The notes under the pieces were generated by a model. It searched no databases. It worked only from the letters and a program-made list of their open reading frames with translations, and was not told the origin of the DNA. A stretch of DNA of 64,000 bases from Eledone cirrhosa (lineage: Eukaryota). Location: contig OZ024745.1 in the NCBI GenBank assembly GCA_964016885.1, forward strand, positions 119,474,001-119,538,000. The letters are read 5' to 3'. Within the stretch, counting starts at the first letter, position 1; every line of letters starts with the position of its first letter. The position numbers were made by a program, and so were the translations under genes. Positions 13,559 through 26,799 of the stretch are shown in pieces.

Positions 13559-13978
13559 CTAAATCCCTAGAGATTTTGAACATAGCTCACAAATCCTCAT
13601 GGGTATCTTTGTAGATTTCCAAAGATTCATCGAACATCGGTAATGAATCGCTGGAGTAGAATATCTCTTGTTAGCTACGTAGAGCATATCTCGTTAATGG
13701 CATTGTACATGGAACATTGTCAAATTCTCCTAAATTAAAAATAATATTTTCCTGGACTATGATACATTAAAATATTTTTTGTTACTACATCATTACGAAT
13801 TTCTGCGTTGATATAGAGGAGACGCATTATAGAAGAAACAACACACACATACTTATAAACAAGTACATAAACACATAATACAATTTTACATTTATATATA
13901 TATATTCAGGCAGGCTGATTTAATTGTTTCTTCCTAAAACATGGTCTCAGATCAACCAATTCTTCATAGAACTACAAT

Positions 13979-14052
<74 letters not shown>

Positions 14053-14058
<6 letters not shown>

Positions 14059-14460
14059 GGAAAAAATGAAACGAATTTTCATTTCCCACTCTTAGTACGG
14101 CTGTTACTTAAATATAAGTATGTACACATATTTAAGTAACAGCCGTACTAAGAGTGGGAAATGAAATTTCGTTTCATTTTTTCCGTTTATTGTTTTCGGT
14201 GCACCCGGCCGATTAACCCACTCGATATGCAAATTGGGCTACTCAGCCGTTAATATGCATAAGGTAAGTATATACGTTCAAACAATCTGGCAGGAATGTA
14301 TACGTTGCTGACGATAGCTAATAAGCTTGAAACTAGTACAGCGTTCCTTTGTCAGTGTTGAACAAACGAGCAACGATGGTTGCTAGACACTACGGATTAA
14401 TACGGGATGTTTGTTTACAAACACACCGAGCATTATAATAAATCTTCGGTGAATCCATAC
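14053..14460 (+). mobile_element. Fold-back element H, between (TA)n tracts
   Basis: Arms 14053-14115 / 14128-14190 with a 12-nt loop. The long arm continues through an HHR to (TA)n. Confidence 0.8.
14302..14344 (+). ncRNA. Minimal type-I hammerhead ribozyme motif
   Basis: acgttg CTGACGA tagc taataa gctt GAAA ctag TA cagcgt; 6-bp stem I; palindromic helix III ACTAGT; GUA triplet. Confidence 0.88.
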
Positions 14461-14549
14461 GTACATATATATATATATGTGTGCATGTATGTATATATAT
14501 ATACATACTACTGTACGTATGTATACATATATGTATGTACGTGTACATA

Positions 14550-14627
<78 letters not shown>

Positions 14628-15544
14628 TAAATATAAATTTAGTGAGAATCGCATTTCGGCGTGTAGAAATTAGCGAAACGCAACTTCCGTATTGTGCAGA
14701 CGAGCGCTCCATGGATATGAAGATACAGAGCTATAAACATTAGTTTAAATGGTCATACAAACTGAGACGATGGTTAAGAAGCCATTAACCACCTTAGCCA
14801 AAAAAGCGAACAAGCTAAACGGGTCAAACAAAATAAGATATGATTGAAATAGTTACCCGGACCCTCGGGGAAGATGGAATACTCTGATATTGGGTTTCTG
14901 CAACACCTGAATCAATAATACTGTCTGCTTATAAAAAATAAGCTTTTGGTATAATGATCGAACAAGGCATCGCTTTCTCAACAGGCATTTTGTTCTTCGT
15001 GCGCCAGAATCTCACAGGTTATGAAAGCATATGTGAGCTTCTAAGGGGAGAAAACCCCTATTTTGGTCAGTGAATTCAGCATGTGTAGTTATTGCAAAAA
15101 TTTGCAAAAGTAGCACAAAACGAATTAAACTCTCGACCGAGTTTTTTAAAAAATAAACTTAAGCGATTTAAGTCAATAGAATTAACTAAATATATATTAA
15201 TTAAGTCAATAGAATTAACTAAAAATACCAAAAAATTAACTGGTTAATCGCTTGACTTGGGAGATTAATACAAATATAAATTTAGCCAGAATTGCATTTC
15301 TAGTATTTCCCTAAAAATGTAGAAACATTCGGAAAATATAGCTCGTCCTCCAGAGACAAATGTTAGATTGGGAGGAAAGGGGTTGCTTTAATTACCTGAA
15401 TGTGTGGCTACATCCCTACAAATCGTATCAAATTTGACAGAAGTATGACTGGTAGGAAATATGTAGCGATTTCTCTTATAATGCCTATTAAAACACGAAA
15501 TTATGTTAGTAAAGAACCTTTCCTTGTGACGCTAAACTCCGCCA

Positions 15545-15990
15545 GTTGCAGACTGAGCATCGACATGTGTTATCTCTCTACACAAAGTTCGATCACCCAG
15601 CAGCAGAGTTCAAAGAGCAAAGATGAAGTCCAGCCCATAAGCTGACATTGTCAAGCCATCATCTTGACTGCCGGCCTCTGTTTCTCTTACCAGCCAACCT
15701 TCCTTCCAGGCATAACCTATTCACACTTCGAGTTGATCTTTTTAAATGGCTGTATAGTTTGAGTACTCCTGACTTGGCAATTGATGCAATTGGTCTAAGA
15801 ACCTTTAATAAATTGAAATTATATCTTGTGTTTTGGGGAAAATATGGTACTTATATGATTCTGATCAGCAAATACATGGGATTTATATTAAAATTCAATA
15901 CCTTGTCCAAGCCATAACAGCATCAGATATGTTTCTGTCACATTAAAACAGCGATCGTTGCAATAATCGAATTCGATATAAAAATATTGG
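15545..15990 (-). mobile_element. Decayed RTE-like LINE 3' fragment
   Basis: Reverse-strand remnant GKRNRGRQSR*WLDN around 15645-15690. Confidence 0.45.
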
Positions 15991-16164
15991 CTTTTCAATA
16001 TAATGCAGTCCTGTCTTCGTGTATGAAAATAGAATTGTAAAGCCAGGAGTGGCTATCATCAGACGACTGTTTAATCTCCCTGTCATAATGTTGGATATTT
16101 TTAACTTACTATACTATACAGCTCTGTTTGTTTTAGCTACCATCCCTGTTTTATTTTCATTTTC

Positions 16165-16440
16165 GTTCCCCTTGAAACTTAGTGACCTCATTAGTGCTGA
16201 TGCACCTGCTACACTCGGTAAAGTGGTTGGCGTCTGAACGGGAACAGCACAGGCTATAGAGGACTAGCTAGTCATGTCAGGGTCATGCGAAACACTCTGG
16301 TGTTGGCACTACTATAAAATACATGCAGTACAATCTGTAAAGAGACAGGTGTTAGAAAAGACATCAAGCCGTAGTAACCATGTTAAAGACGAAAATTATT
16401 AAGCGATCCATGGTCCCCAGATTCGTCTAAAAGGAAAAGC
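16165..16440 (+). mobile_element. SINE remnant with Ceph-domain-like segment
   Basis: ctcggtaaagtggttggcgtctg.. and aatctgtaaagagacaggtgttagaaaagacatcaagccgtag..accatg resemble the cephalopod SINE central domain as I recall it. Confidence 0.45.
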
Positions 16441-16599
16441 AATTCTGGTTAAGTGATGATTTGATTGTAAGGAAACGTCCAAATATTAACAGAGTGGAAA
16501 CTTTCTAATAATTAAATTGTATTCACATGATATATTCCATAATGTGAATAGAATTTAAAATAAAAAGAAATAAAGAAAATTTAGGTTGAGAAGAATGGA

Positions 16600-17325
16600 A
16601 TTTAAAATAGGATAGCATAAAGAAAAAAGAGGAAAAAGAATCCAGAGGGAATGGCAAGGAATTTAGTGTCACAGAAGAATGGGGAAGGGGAGGATGATTG
16701 GGCTCTGGGCCTAGGGCGCGGTGGTAAAAGGGCTACGCCCCACGGACAAGACAGCAAATACATTCCCGCAATAATGCTCAGCGACATCCTCTGCAACAGA
16801 CACCCAACCTCGCAGGACTCCTTCCATAGATAGGCTGCTGATGTTCCGATCTTGCAGAGGGGCTCGACTGTAAGGGGTCCAAGTACACCTGAGGTCTTGA
16901 CAATGATCGGTGCGAAGAGGGAGCGTCCTGACAATCCCCGGTGTTTGTTTATTTTCCGTTCCTCTGCAAGGCGTGCCGCGGTACCGGGGTTTGTGTTCGA
17001 AGCGACTAAGTTGGAGACAGAGAACGTGTCGCAGCAGGTGCCGTCTCAGATGAGTGATCTATCTCCTTCGAATGAGAAGAGGGTGATTCAATCGGGCTGC
17101 TTGCCATCTCCGCGGTCAAGGCCTGCTGCTTCCAGTGGTGATGGAAAGCCAGCTCGGTTCAGGCTCCTTAGTGTATTGTTGAGAGCGGCGTGTCGGGAGA
17201 ACCGGCCTGCGATCTGGCGACAAGACAGAGGGTGCAGCTCGAACTTGTCAACAACCGACTCACAACGGCATCTATGTGGCTCACAGACTCGGAGGCCGAG
17301 GCGTTGGGCTACTACTGGTTCTAAT
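16600..17325 (-). mobile_element. CRE-clade-like non-LTR retrotransposon 3' fragment (Zn finger + restriction-like endonuclease)
   Basis: Reverse strand: RLGLRVCEPHRCRC..HPLSC..GRFSRHAALN..DGKQPD.ITLF...DGTCCDTF..FAPIIVKTSGVLGP..LLQRMSLSI; interrupted. Confidence 0.75.
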
Positions 17326-17824
17326 TATAAAATAATATAGGAAATCTGTGTAAGAAATCAACTTTAAATTCATTGTGAACTATCTCTCAGAATTCTTACA
17401 TTTAATAAAGATCCTCCACATTTGAAACTGAAATGTGATAGTAATTAACTCACTGAGGTTCATTGTATCATAACGTCGTCAGTGATATATGATATTTGGT
17501 GAGAAATGAAAATTTGACCTAAATATAAATATGTGACAATTACGTAAACACTGTCAGTGAAATTAATTAATTTGTGTATAAAATAAAGTTGTTTAATATT
17601 ACAAAATAAGCGTATTTCATAAGAAGCATTGGTGTATATCATGCATCATATTTATATTGGTGAGATTCAGTTATAAGCTATGTATAGTAATGTCAACAGA
17701 AATCATGCGAAAATGAAGGTTTATTCACAAAATATCAAACTAGTATAATAAACAATAGATTGCTGATTTAGTTATTCAGCCATAACTGTAATCAACGTAG
17801 GTGACTGATGTAATAGATATTTAA

Positions 17825-20108
17825 ACATATAGATAGTCATTGTCTCTGATCTCTTTGATTCTGTGTTGGATATTCGTTTTAAGAGAGCGACTGTGCTGTA
17901 AACTAATCACCATCTAGTTATCTGTAACCTTAATACTACCTATAACCCAAAACGCCAACAAAACTAGCAGGTCGTGGCCGAACTGCAGGATAAAGTAGGA
18001 AGCATTGGGGGATAAGGAAGTGAGGACCAGGTATGGAGATACAATTGCATCTAAATTCAGAGAACTCCCTGAGCTAACTGAGGACCTTGAGACAGAGTGG
18101 AGATTATTCAGCTCAGCAGTTTTTGCTTCAGCTGTTAAATGTTGCGGGCGAAAGAGGCTTGGTGTTGCACCAGATGGGAGAAAGAGTCTTTGGTTCAAAT
18201 ATGTCAAAGATGCCATACAAGCAAAGAAAGAGACTTACAAATCTTGGCTTGGAAATAAGTCTTCCTTCTTGCTCTTGCGTTACAAGCAGGTGCGACGAAT
18301 CGCAACAGAGACCGTAAAGGCGTCCAAAGTTAAGACATGGCAGAACTTTGGGGTTAAGCTCCAGTCCGACTTCAGATCAGTAAATAAAGTGTTCTGGCAG
18401 ACCATTCGCTGACTTCGTAATAAGAAACCCTCTTCCACTGCTACCAAGAACGCATCTAGAGTTCTCCTTTCTTCAGAGAAGTGTATCATCACGAGGCGGA
18501 GAGAATATTTTGTGGATCTCCTAAACCCGATCACAACAGTATTTAAGGATGTACACAAGATGCATTTAGTAGGAGCGGTGACTAATCTCTCAGAGGCTAA
18601 GGTCACAAGAGTAGTTAAAGAGCTCAAATGTGGCAAGGCTGCTGGAGGAGATGAAATCCGGCCCTTGATGTTAAAAGCCGTCTGACTGACGTGTGTGTGG
18701 TAGGTAATCTGGATCTTTGGAAAGGCACCTAAGCAATGGCAATCGGGAGTGATCTTAATTTTCAGAAAGGGAGAGAAAAGAGATTGTTCCAATTACAGAG
18801 GGATCTCCTTGTTAAGCCTCCCCGGTAAAGTCTATTCTAAGTGTCTGGCAAAGAGATGCAGGGAGATTGTCAAGTCCAAGCTACCTGATGAACAGTGTGG
18901 TTTTCGTCCCCGTCGCAGCACAGCCGACCAAATATTCATACTGCGGAAGGTATTGGAAAAATCGTGGGAGTATTGCAAAGAGGTATATTCTTATTTTGTC
19001 TACCTTGAAAAGGGGTATGACTGCTTTCCTTGGGATCTGCTGTGGAAGGTTGTGCAAGAATATGGGTCATTGGTCAGCTTCTTGCTACCTTGATATTTAT
19101 ACGAATTCCCGTGTATTTCTGTTCGTATTAATGATGCTAAATCGAAACCATTCAATGAGGGAGTCGGACTCTGCCAAGGGTGTGTACTGTTCCCTCTCTT
19201 GTTCATTATTTACATGAACCGGATTGACATGCGCAGCCGGATTGGAAGTGGTATCATGATTGGCAGTTGTAAACTCAGTCAACTGAAATTTGCAGAGGAC
19301 ATGGTGTTAATCAACTCAACATAAGGTGATCTCCGATTTACACTTGATAGGTTTGATGCCGAGTGCTGCTGAGGAAAATCAGTGCTGTGAAAACTGAGAC
19401 ACTCATCCTCCTAAGGAAGCCCGCGCAATGCACTCTACATGTTAATGGAGTTCCACTGAAGCAGGTAGAGAAGGGAAAGTATCTCGGGGTCGTGTTCACG
19501 AGTGATGGAAGGCAGAAGGCTGAATTAAGTGCAAGAATTGCAGGAGCTAATGCAGTTATGCGCCAGCTTCAGCATTCAGAAATCAAAAGAAGGGAGGTAG
19601 GCGTAAAAGCCAAATTCTCTATATTCAATTCGATCTTGGTGCCAACCCTTACCTATGGTCATGAATCTTGGGTAATGAAGGAAAGAATACTATTGAGAAT
19701 GGAAGCGGATGAAATGGAGTTTTTCCGAAGGGTCTTTAGGAGTAAGGTTACACGATAGTGTAACTGCAGTTACACAGAATCACTCCAGATAGGGCCGATA
19801 CTTTTCTGGATTGAGCGATCACGGCTCCAATAATTTGGGAATGTGGTGAGAATATCTCATGAAAGAATAGCTGGACAGATTTTATGGGCAAACCTATCCG
19901 AAAAGAGACCCAAATGTAGAACCCGAGCAAGATGGTTGGATAACTTTCATGAACTTGGCTGGTCTCGTTTGGAGATCCAGCCGGATCAGTTGGAGACGGT
20001 TGCTCTCTGACAGGACCCGCTTGAAGGAGTTATAAGTGGGTGAAGAAGAAGAAGAAAAAGAAGAAGAAGAAGAAGAAGAAGAAGAAGGGGAGGAGAAGGA
20101 GAAGAAGA
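17825..20108 (+). mobile_element. RTE-clade (Rex3/Expander-like) LINE, 5'-truncated, decayed, with (GAA)n tail
   Basis: RT motifs IFRKGEKRDCSNYRGISLLSLPGKVY, QCGFRP.RSTADQIF, GLCQGC.LFPLLF, KYLGVVF, LTYGHESW; many stops; (GAA)n at 20042-20108. Confidence 0.9.
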
Positions 20109-20235
20109 AGACAGTTATATACAAATATGCACAGATGCCTAGATGGATAGGTATATTTAGATTCGTATAGATCAATAGATATGAGGACAGGTCGATAAAA
20201 ATGTAGATATGAATTGAGAGTAAGTGAAGGAAAAT

Positions 20236-20438
20236 ATGGAGAGAGAGGGAGAGAGGGAGAGAGATAAAGTGAGAGGGATAAAAGAGAGAGAGAAATCGAG
20301 AGAGAGAGAAAAGAGAGAGAGAGTGCGATATATTTATATCGAGAGGGAAATATCGAGAGAGAGATCGAGATCGTGAGCGAGAAATCGAGAGAGAGCGAGA
20401 GAGAGAGAAATCGAGAGAGAGCGATAGAGAGAGAGAGC

Positions 20439-20488
<50 letters not shown>
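20236..20488. repeat. (GA)n-rich tract
   Basis: Directly visible. Confidence 0.9.
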
Positions 20489-20490
<2 letters not shown>

Positions 20491-20683
20491 TCAGAAGATA
20501 GGTGTAATTCTGTCATGTCACTCAATCTAACCACACATCTATAATTTTACTTTTATATTTTAAGATTTTAAGTTCATGTCCACTTAGAGTATAGAAGTAA
20601 AATTTGGAAAAGCTCATGTTATTGGGAGAAGTCCACTTCTCCCAACGACCGAGTTTCCTCTCTATCACTTCATTAAGCATGTG

Positions 20684-20750
<67 letters not shown>

Positions 20751-21049
20751 CGGAGAAGATAGACGTGCTTTTGTTTCGCTCCTGTATTTTGTCAGAAATT
20801 TATTACGAGAAGCGGTAGGTTTGTTTAAGTAACTTGTTATTTGTTGTGTTTAACCCCTCGCCTGGGCCTGCAGACGTTGGGTAAAATAAATTTCGCCCCT
20901 TTTGGGGGCGAAATTTAATAATTATAATTTGTATATGAAAAGTGGTTCGGCGATAATGGACGCCATTATTACATCGCATACGACACATGCCCCCCCCCCC
21001 CCCCAGGGAAAGTGATAGAGAGAAGGTAATAGTACAACATTGTAAGCCT

Positions 21050-24000
21050 TCCCCTCTCACTTCCGCAAAAGACACCATGAACATGGATTTAAAAGAAACA
21101 TTTGTGGAAATGGGTTAAACCCCCAAAAGTAACAATTACGCAAACAAGAACAACTGTAACAACACAACCAACAACAGCAACAATGACAATAACAACACAA
21201 CCAACAACAGCAATAATGACAACACCAACAAAGGAAAAAGGAAGTTAACACGAATAACAACAACAACACGAAAGAAAACGGACCCACAACTGGAGTCTCT
21301 TTCGCACAGGCGGTCCGAGAAACGCCGACATACAAGGCACTGGACATCTCGAATGTCAAAGAATTGCTAAAAAAAGCAAGAAATTGTGTAACTTTCGGGG
21401 AAGGTGGGAAATTCACAATTACCTCCCCCGAAGAAATGAGAAAAGACACAGTCCTGAGGACCATAATCTTTAGGAAAATTTCCAACACACCTAGGAAACC
21501 GGCTCAATTATCCCAAAGCGAAATTGTGCTGGTCCTAAGTAGTGCATGGAAAGATATCGCTTTCATACAGAAAGGGAAACTGTATGGAAGCATATCTGTG
21601 CTAATGAAAGATCAATTGGCGGCACGGAAATATTCTGTGTCGCCAATCGGATCAAAAGCATACACCTTTTTCCCCCACATATTTGGGGGAAAGAAAACAA
21701 AAGATAAGAATCTCGGGCGTCAAGCCAAATGCGAGCATTTGGTGGATGCTAACGGGATTGTTAGAAGATGAGGACACAATCCTTTCGATAGGCGAATCCA
21801 CCGGGGGCGTATTCGGCGGCAATAGCCTTGAAGTTCTGGACCAAATAAGACCAGAACGGATAGCAAGAATACTGCAGAGTGAGTCCCTGGATGGAGTTGC
21901 CTTCATAAACATTTCTATTGAGGGCACGCTGCCTTCATGCTACCACTGTTCAAGAAGTGGTCACCTGAGGGCTTCTCTTTTAAATGCCCCCCCCCCAACC
22001 AAAAAAAAAGACGCTTCTGCCTACCCCACACACACCACCACCACCACCACCACCACCACTACCACCACCACTACCATAACAACCAGAACAACACGGAAAA
22101 ATAACAACACAAGACATCGTCCGACCCAACCCCTCCCGACCTAAAACAAATACAAAAGCACCCGCAACCACAACTAAACCCCAAACTATACCCCCTCCCC
22201 AACAACACAGACGAGGACTCCCTTATCAACGTCACCAGAACCCATTCAACCAGTAAAAAGAAAGAAAAGAAGGCACCACATTAACAAAAATGCAACAAAC
22301 ACACAACCACCAGCACAAACAGAACAAACATCACAAACAAAAAAACCCACCCCTCCCGAAAATATAACACATACTACAAAACGCAAACACACACAAGAAC
22401 AACAAACAAAAACAAACACAACACAACAAAAACAGTATACATACATCAACACAAACAGCAATACACTTGTACAAACAATAGACAAAGATGTTCACCAACG
22501 CGGCGACTAAACCGCATTTAAAAATGATTAGGGTCCCAAGGGACACCTACGCAATGCTCAAACAGAACTTACCCGAGGACGTGGGGAACCCCTGTACTAG
22601 ACCTATCAACCGCGTCCTTTTGAAATATTTCCCCACCGCCACCCCAGACACCCCTCTCCCACCAAACACCCCCACCCCACCACACACTGATGTCCACACC
22701 ACATCCCAAACCACCACCCCACCAAACAACCACTCCAACACCCCCATGGAAATTGTGCAGCCTGGTCCCCAGGAAAAGAACAGGTAGGTGTATTTTCCTT
22801 TTTCTCCACTTTAACTCTTCACCACCAACATGGCTGTTATAAGAGTATGATGTTTAAATGAGCGAGGCCTGGGGATGTCCTGGAAGCAGGGCAAACCCTT
22901 AAATGACCTCAGGACGTACAGAATGGATGTGATAGCTATTTGCGAGTCCAGGATCAGCAGCGAGCACCAACTGGCCCCCATCTTCGCCAACTTTGAGATC
23001 TATGCATCTCTCTGTCAGCCGGGGGGTGGGGGCGGAGTTGTCGTTCTACTGCGAAATCACCTGGGCCTCGCAACACGGAAGGTACACCTGGACCCGGAGG
23101 GTCGACTGGTGGTTCTAGACATCGGCAGTAGTGAAAGTGGAGGCTTCAGGCTGGTGGCAGCGTATGCCCCATCTAGGACACCGCAACCGGACTTCTTCCA
23201 ACGCCTAGAGACTTTTCTGCTTTTAGTGGGGAATTGGAATGGTATCATGGATGCACGTTGGGACTATGTAGGGGCATGTCCCGATAGGGGGAGGTGTAAC
23301 AGCCTCAAACGGTTAATCGGCCGATATGATCTGGCCGATAGATATCGACTAGATTTTCCGACTGTGGACGTGGACCATCGCACTATTCGGATCACAAGTT
23401 AGTGACCAGTGTAGTCAGCTTGATAGAACCCATAGAGAAGGACCCGGTTACTGGAAGCTAAAATTGTCCTTACCGACAAACAAAGCTTACAGTAAGCGGA
23501 TAAGCACTTTAGTTAAGCAGCGGTTGACGGGGGCATTTGTCAACAGCAGGTGGCCGGGCTCTCTCAAGAGAGCAATTAGAATAGAATCGATAGGTTTTAG
23601 TCAGGAATTAGCATTAGATAGGAATATAACTGATAGGGAATTGATAGATAAAGTAGAAGAGGCGATTAGGAGTGGCAACGTGGCCGGCGTGCTGGCGTCA
23701 AGAACGGCCCTAGACCAGTTCTTTGACGCGAAGCACGAGGGCTGCGTGGTCATGAGTAAAATACGTGCACTGGGTAACGAGGAAGCCAAAGTTGTTAGCT
23801 GGGCCTGATTGACAGAGGCAATAGGTGGAAACAAGTCCACGATTCGGTCTTTGAAGGACCAGGATGGACGTGTGATCCTTGAATCTGAGCGAATCTGCGC
23901 GGCCTTTCAGCGGCGCTTTGTACGACTGTTCGTGAGGCGCGGAGGGCCGGGTGAGGCCATGGATTTCGGTCCATACCTCAACGGTCTGCCGCGGCTCTCG

Positions 24001-24650
24001 GACGGGGAGGCGAAGTCCTGCGAAAGGCCGATTTCAGCCGCTGAAATAGGGGAAGCGCTGAGCCAATGTGGCAAACGCAAATCTCCGGGTCTCGATTATC
24101 TACCATACGAACTTTATGTAGCGATGCAGGACTTGTTTCTCCGATCTCCTCCGGGCCGTCTACTGCAACTGGCAACAGAACGGGAGAATTCCCAGTTCTG
24201 TGACCAAGGGCGTAGTCACGCTAGTGAGGAAGGACGACAACAAGGGGGATGACATAGATATCTTCAGGCCCATGACTCTGCTAAATACAGAGTTAAAGAT
24301 TTTGGCCAAGGTGTTAGCGAAGAGGTTGGCGCTTGTCGTCGGGAACCTGGTGGAAGAAGCGCAGACATGCGCAATCCCGTCCAGGTCCATACACGACAAC
24401 ATCCACATCAGAGAGGGTAGGGAATGAACCCGGCTTTGGTGGGGCCCTGATCAACTTGGATCGATCTAAGGCGTTCGATAGGGTCGACCATCGGTAATTG
24501 GATGTGGGCTCGCCGCGGCAGGATTTGGACCCGTTTTCAGGGGCTGGATTGCTGCAATGCACAGTAGCAACAGCTGCTCGAGGGTCAAGGTGAACGGCTA
24601 CCTCTCGGAGCCCTTGCAAATCACGCGATCCATCCGACAGGGATGCCCTC
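21050..24650 (+). mobile_element. L1/Tx1-clade LINE (ORF1 with Zn knuckle; ORF2 APE endonuclease + RT), decayed, 3'-truncated
   Basis: ORF1 CYHCSRSGH; ORF2 from ATG 22830: CLNERG, ICESR, GRLVVL, AYAP, GNWN, YWKL, KSPGLD.LPYE, RPMTLLNTELKILAKVLAKRL, DRSKAFDRVDH, IRQGCP. Confidence 0.88.
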
Positions 24651-24804
24651 GGATTCGTTCATCCGTTTAATACTGCTTCATTTCGATGTTTACACGGCTG
24701 GTAAAATAATTATTTTCTCTAGTAATAATTGTTTCTAGTTTTGGACAAAGGCCAGCAATTATCCCAGTGCATAACTGGTACTTTATTTTACCGACCCCGT
24801 AAGG

Positions 24805-25900
24805 GGCATAGGGGGCTTGGGCAGGGGTAGTACTCTTGATGGTTGACAGCTGCACCCTAACTGGTAGGGTGGTCAGTCATCACTGGCCCCCACCTATCCC
24901 CTAAATCTCTCACGTGTTGCTCCAAACGCCATGCCCCGGCACACCGCTTCAGCTGGTGGACTGAGGGGGTGGTGTTGACACGACACCACTAGGCGTATGA
25001 GCTTCAACAAAGAAGCCACTTATTAAAGCAGAAGGAAATCCTCCCTCGGCACCGTTCCAGGACTGAAGGCGACCCACACCATATTCCGTGGCCATCGGTT
25101 TGCACTTCTACCAGAGACTACTCCACTTACTGTCTCTTTACTAAATGTCAGTGGTTGGGTTTCAGGTCAGTGACCTGTTCTCGGAAAAACTCTCCTGATA
25201 CGAAAACAATTCATAGTGCATCAGATTCAAATTCCAAGCAGTCAGGAGAACGGTTGTCTCTAACCGGAGATTGTGTGACGGGTGTCAGCGAAAGTCTCGA
25301 TGACGAAGCCAACATCCTGAGGACCAGAATTCTATCTGCAAAAAGAACCACACGTATTGAATATTGGAACATAAGAACTCTGTACCAACCATCCAAACTT
25401 GCGCAAGTTATCAGAGAATTGGAGGCCTACAAAATTAACTGTGCCTCAGCGAGGTCCGCTGGACTGACTCTGGGAAGTTGGTCCATGAAAACAAAGACCA
25501 TCCTGTTCTCAGGCCGTCAGAACGGGACCCACCTAGATGGAGTTGCAATCATCATGGACAGGGCTGCCAGTGGTGCCCTTGAGGAGTGGACTCCTATCAA
25601 CGAACGCCTAATGACAGCAAGATTCACGACATCACATGCAAATGTCACCATAGCTCAGTGCTATGCTCCAACCAACGAACATAACGACGATGACAAGGAC
25701 GCTTTCTACCAGCAACTACAAGATGTTGTCAACAAAACTCCACGTCATGACATCCTGATCATCATGGGAGACATGAACGCACAGATCTGGGGAAGCAGGG
25801 TTGGCTTTGAATACGGACAGAGGATGGTTACAGTGACTGGTTTGAGGTGGTTACTGGCGTGCGTCAAGGTTGCTCGCTCTCTCCAGTTTATGTTATAATG
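24805..25900 (+). mobile_element. RTE-clade LINE 5' part (UTR + AP endonuclease) fused to an RT fragment
   Basis: ORF 25155..25898: WNIRTL, GVAIIM, INERLMTARF, QCYAPT, FYQQLQ, IIMGDMNAQI; then DWFEVVTGVRQGCSLSP in another frame. Confidence 0.85.
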
Positions 25901-26354
25901 TTAGGATGAGAGTTTCGAGATTAACTTTGTAAAATGGACCATGATAGATTGTTGCTTGTATACATGCTTATATTTCCTATAACTAAAGCAATCCGTGAAC
26001 ATAAATGGTACTACTTTAGTACTTTTTATTTTAACGGAATTTCAGATATGTTCTTATGTAAAAGGTACCAGTGATATAGTTTTTGATGTGATAAAATACT
26101 AAACTCTACATATTAATATATGTCTATGTACTGAAAAATATTAATAATGATTTTCAATAATGTTACTCCTTTTGTTTTTGTTCTGTCGACACAGAATGCG
26201 TAGCACAGCTGCGATTACTACATACTTGACCCTTCTGCGGAAGTGAGAGAAAGTACATGGGAAATGTTAAAGGTATAATAATGTACTATGCTGACATCAC
26301 GCAGATGCCAGCATATATATCATCAAGTACTTACAACATAAATATATTTAGAGG

Positions 26355-26550
26355 CACATGCATACATACATACATACATGCATACATACATGCAAACATA
26401 TATATATACATATATACATATATACATACATATATACATACATACATACATACATACATACATACATACATACATACATACATACATACATACATACATA
26501 CATAGATACATACATACATATATACATACATACATACAAATATACATACA
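26355..26550. repeat. (TACA)n microsatellite
   Basis: Directly visible. Confidence 0.95.
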
Positions 26551-26799
26551 TTATGGCAACTACCTTGCGCTCGAGTATAGCCATCGATTTATTTTTCAAA
26601 AACGCTTGTGTTGGTGTAAACCGGATGCGACATTTTAGGACAGTAACAGTCCCATATTCTTTGGCATAGAAATTACACACATGGCCATTGGTAACATGAA
26701 TTAGTGGCTGGTTGGCATGTACTTTCCTGTACCGCTTCAAGCCTCCTGCTGATTGGCAGACTTTACTACAATGATGTCAGTGTGATACACCATAAATAC

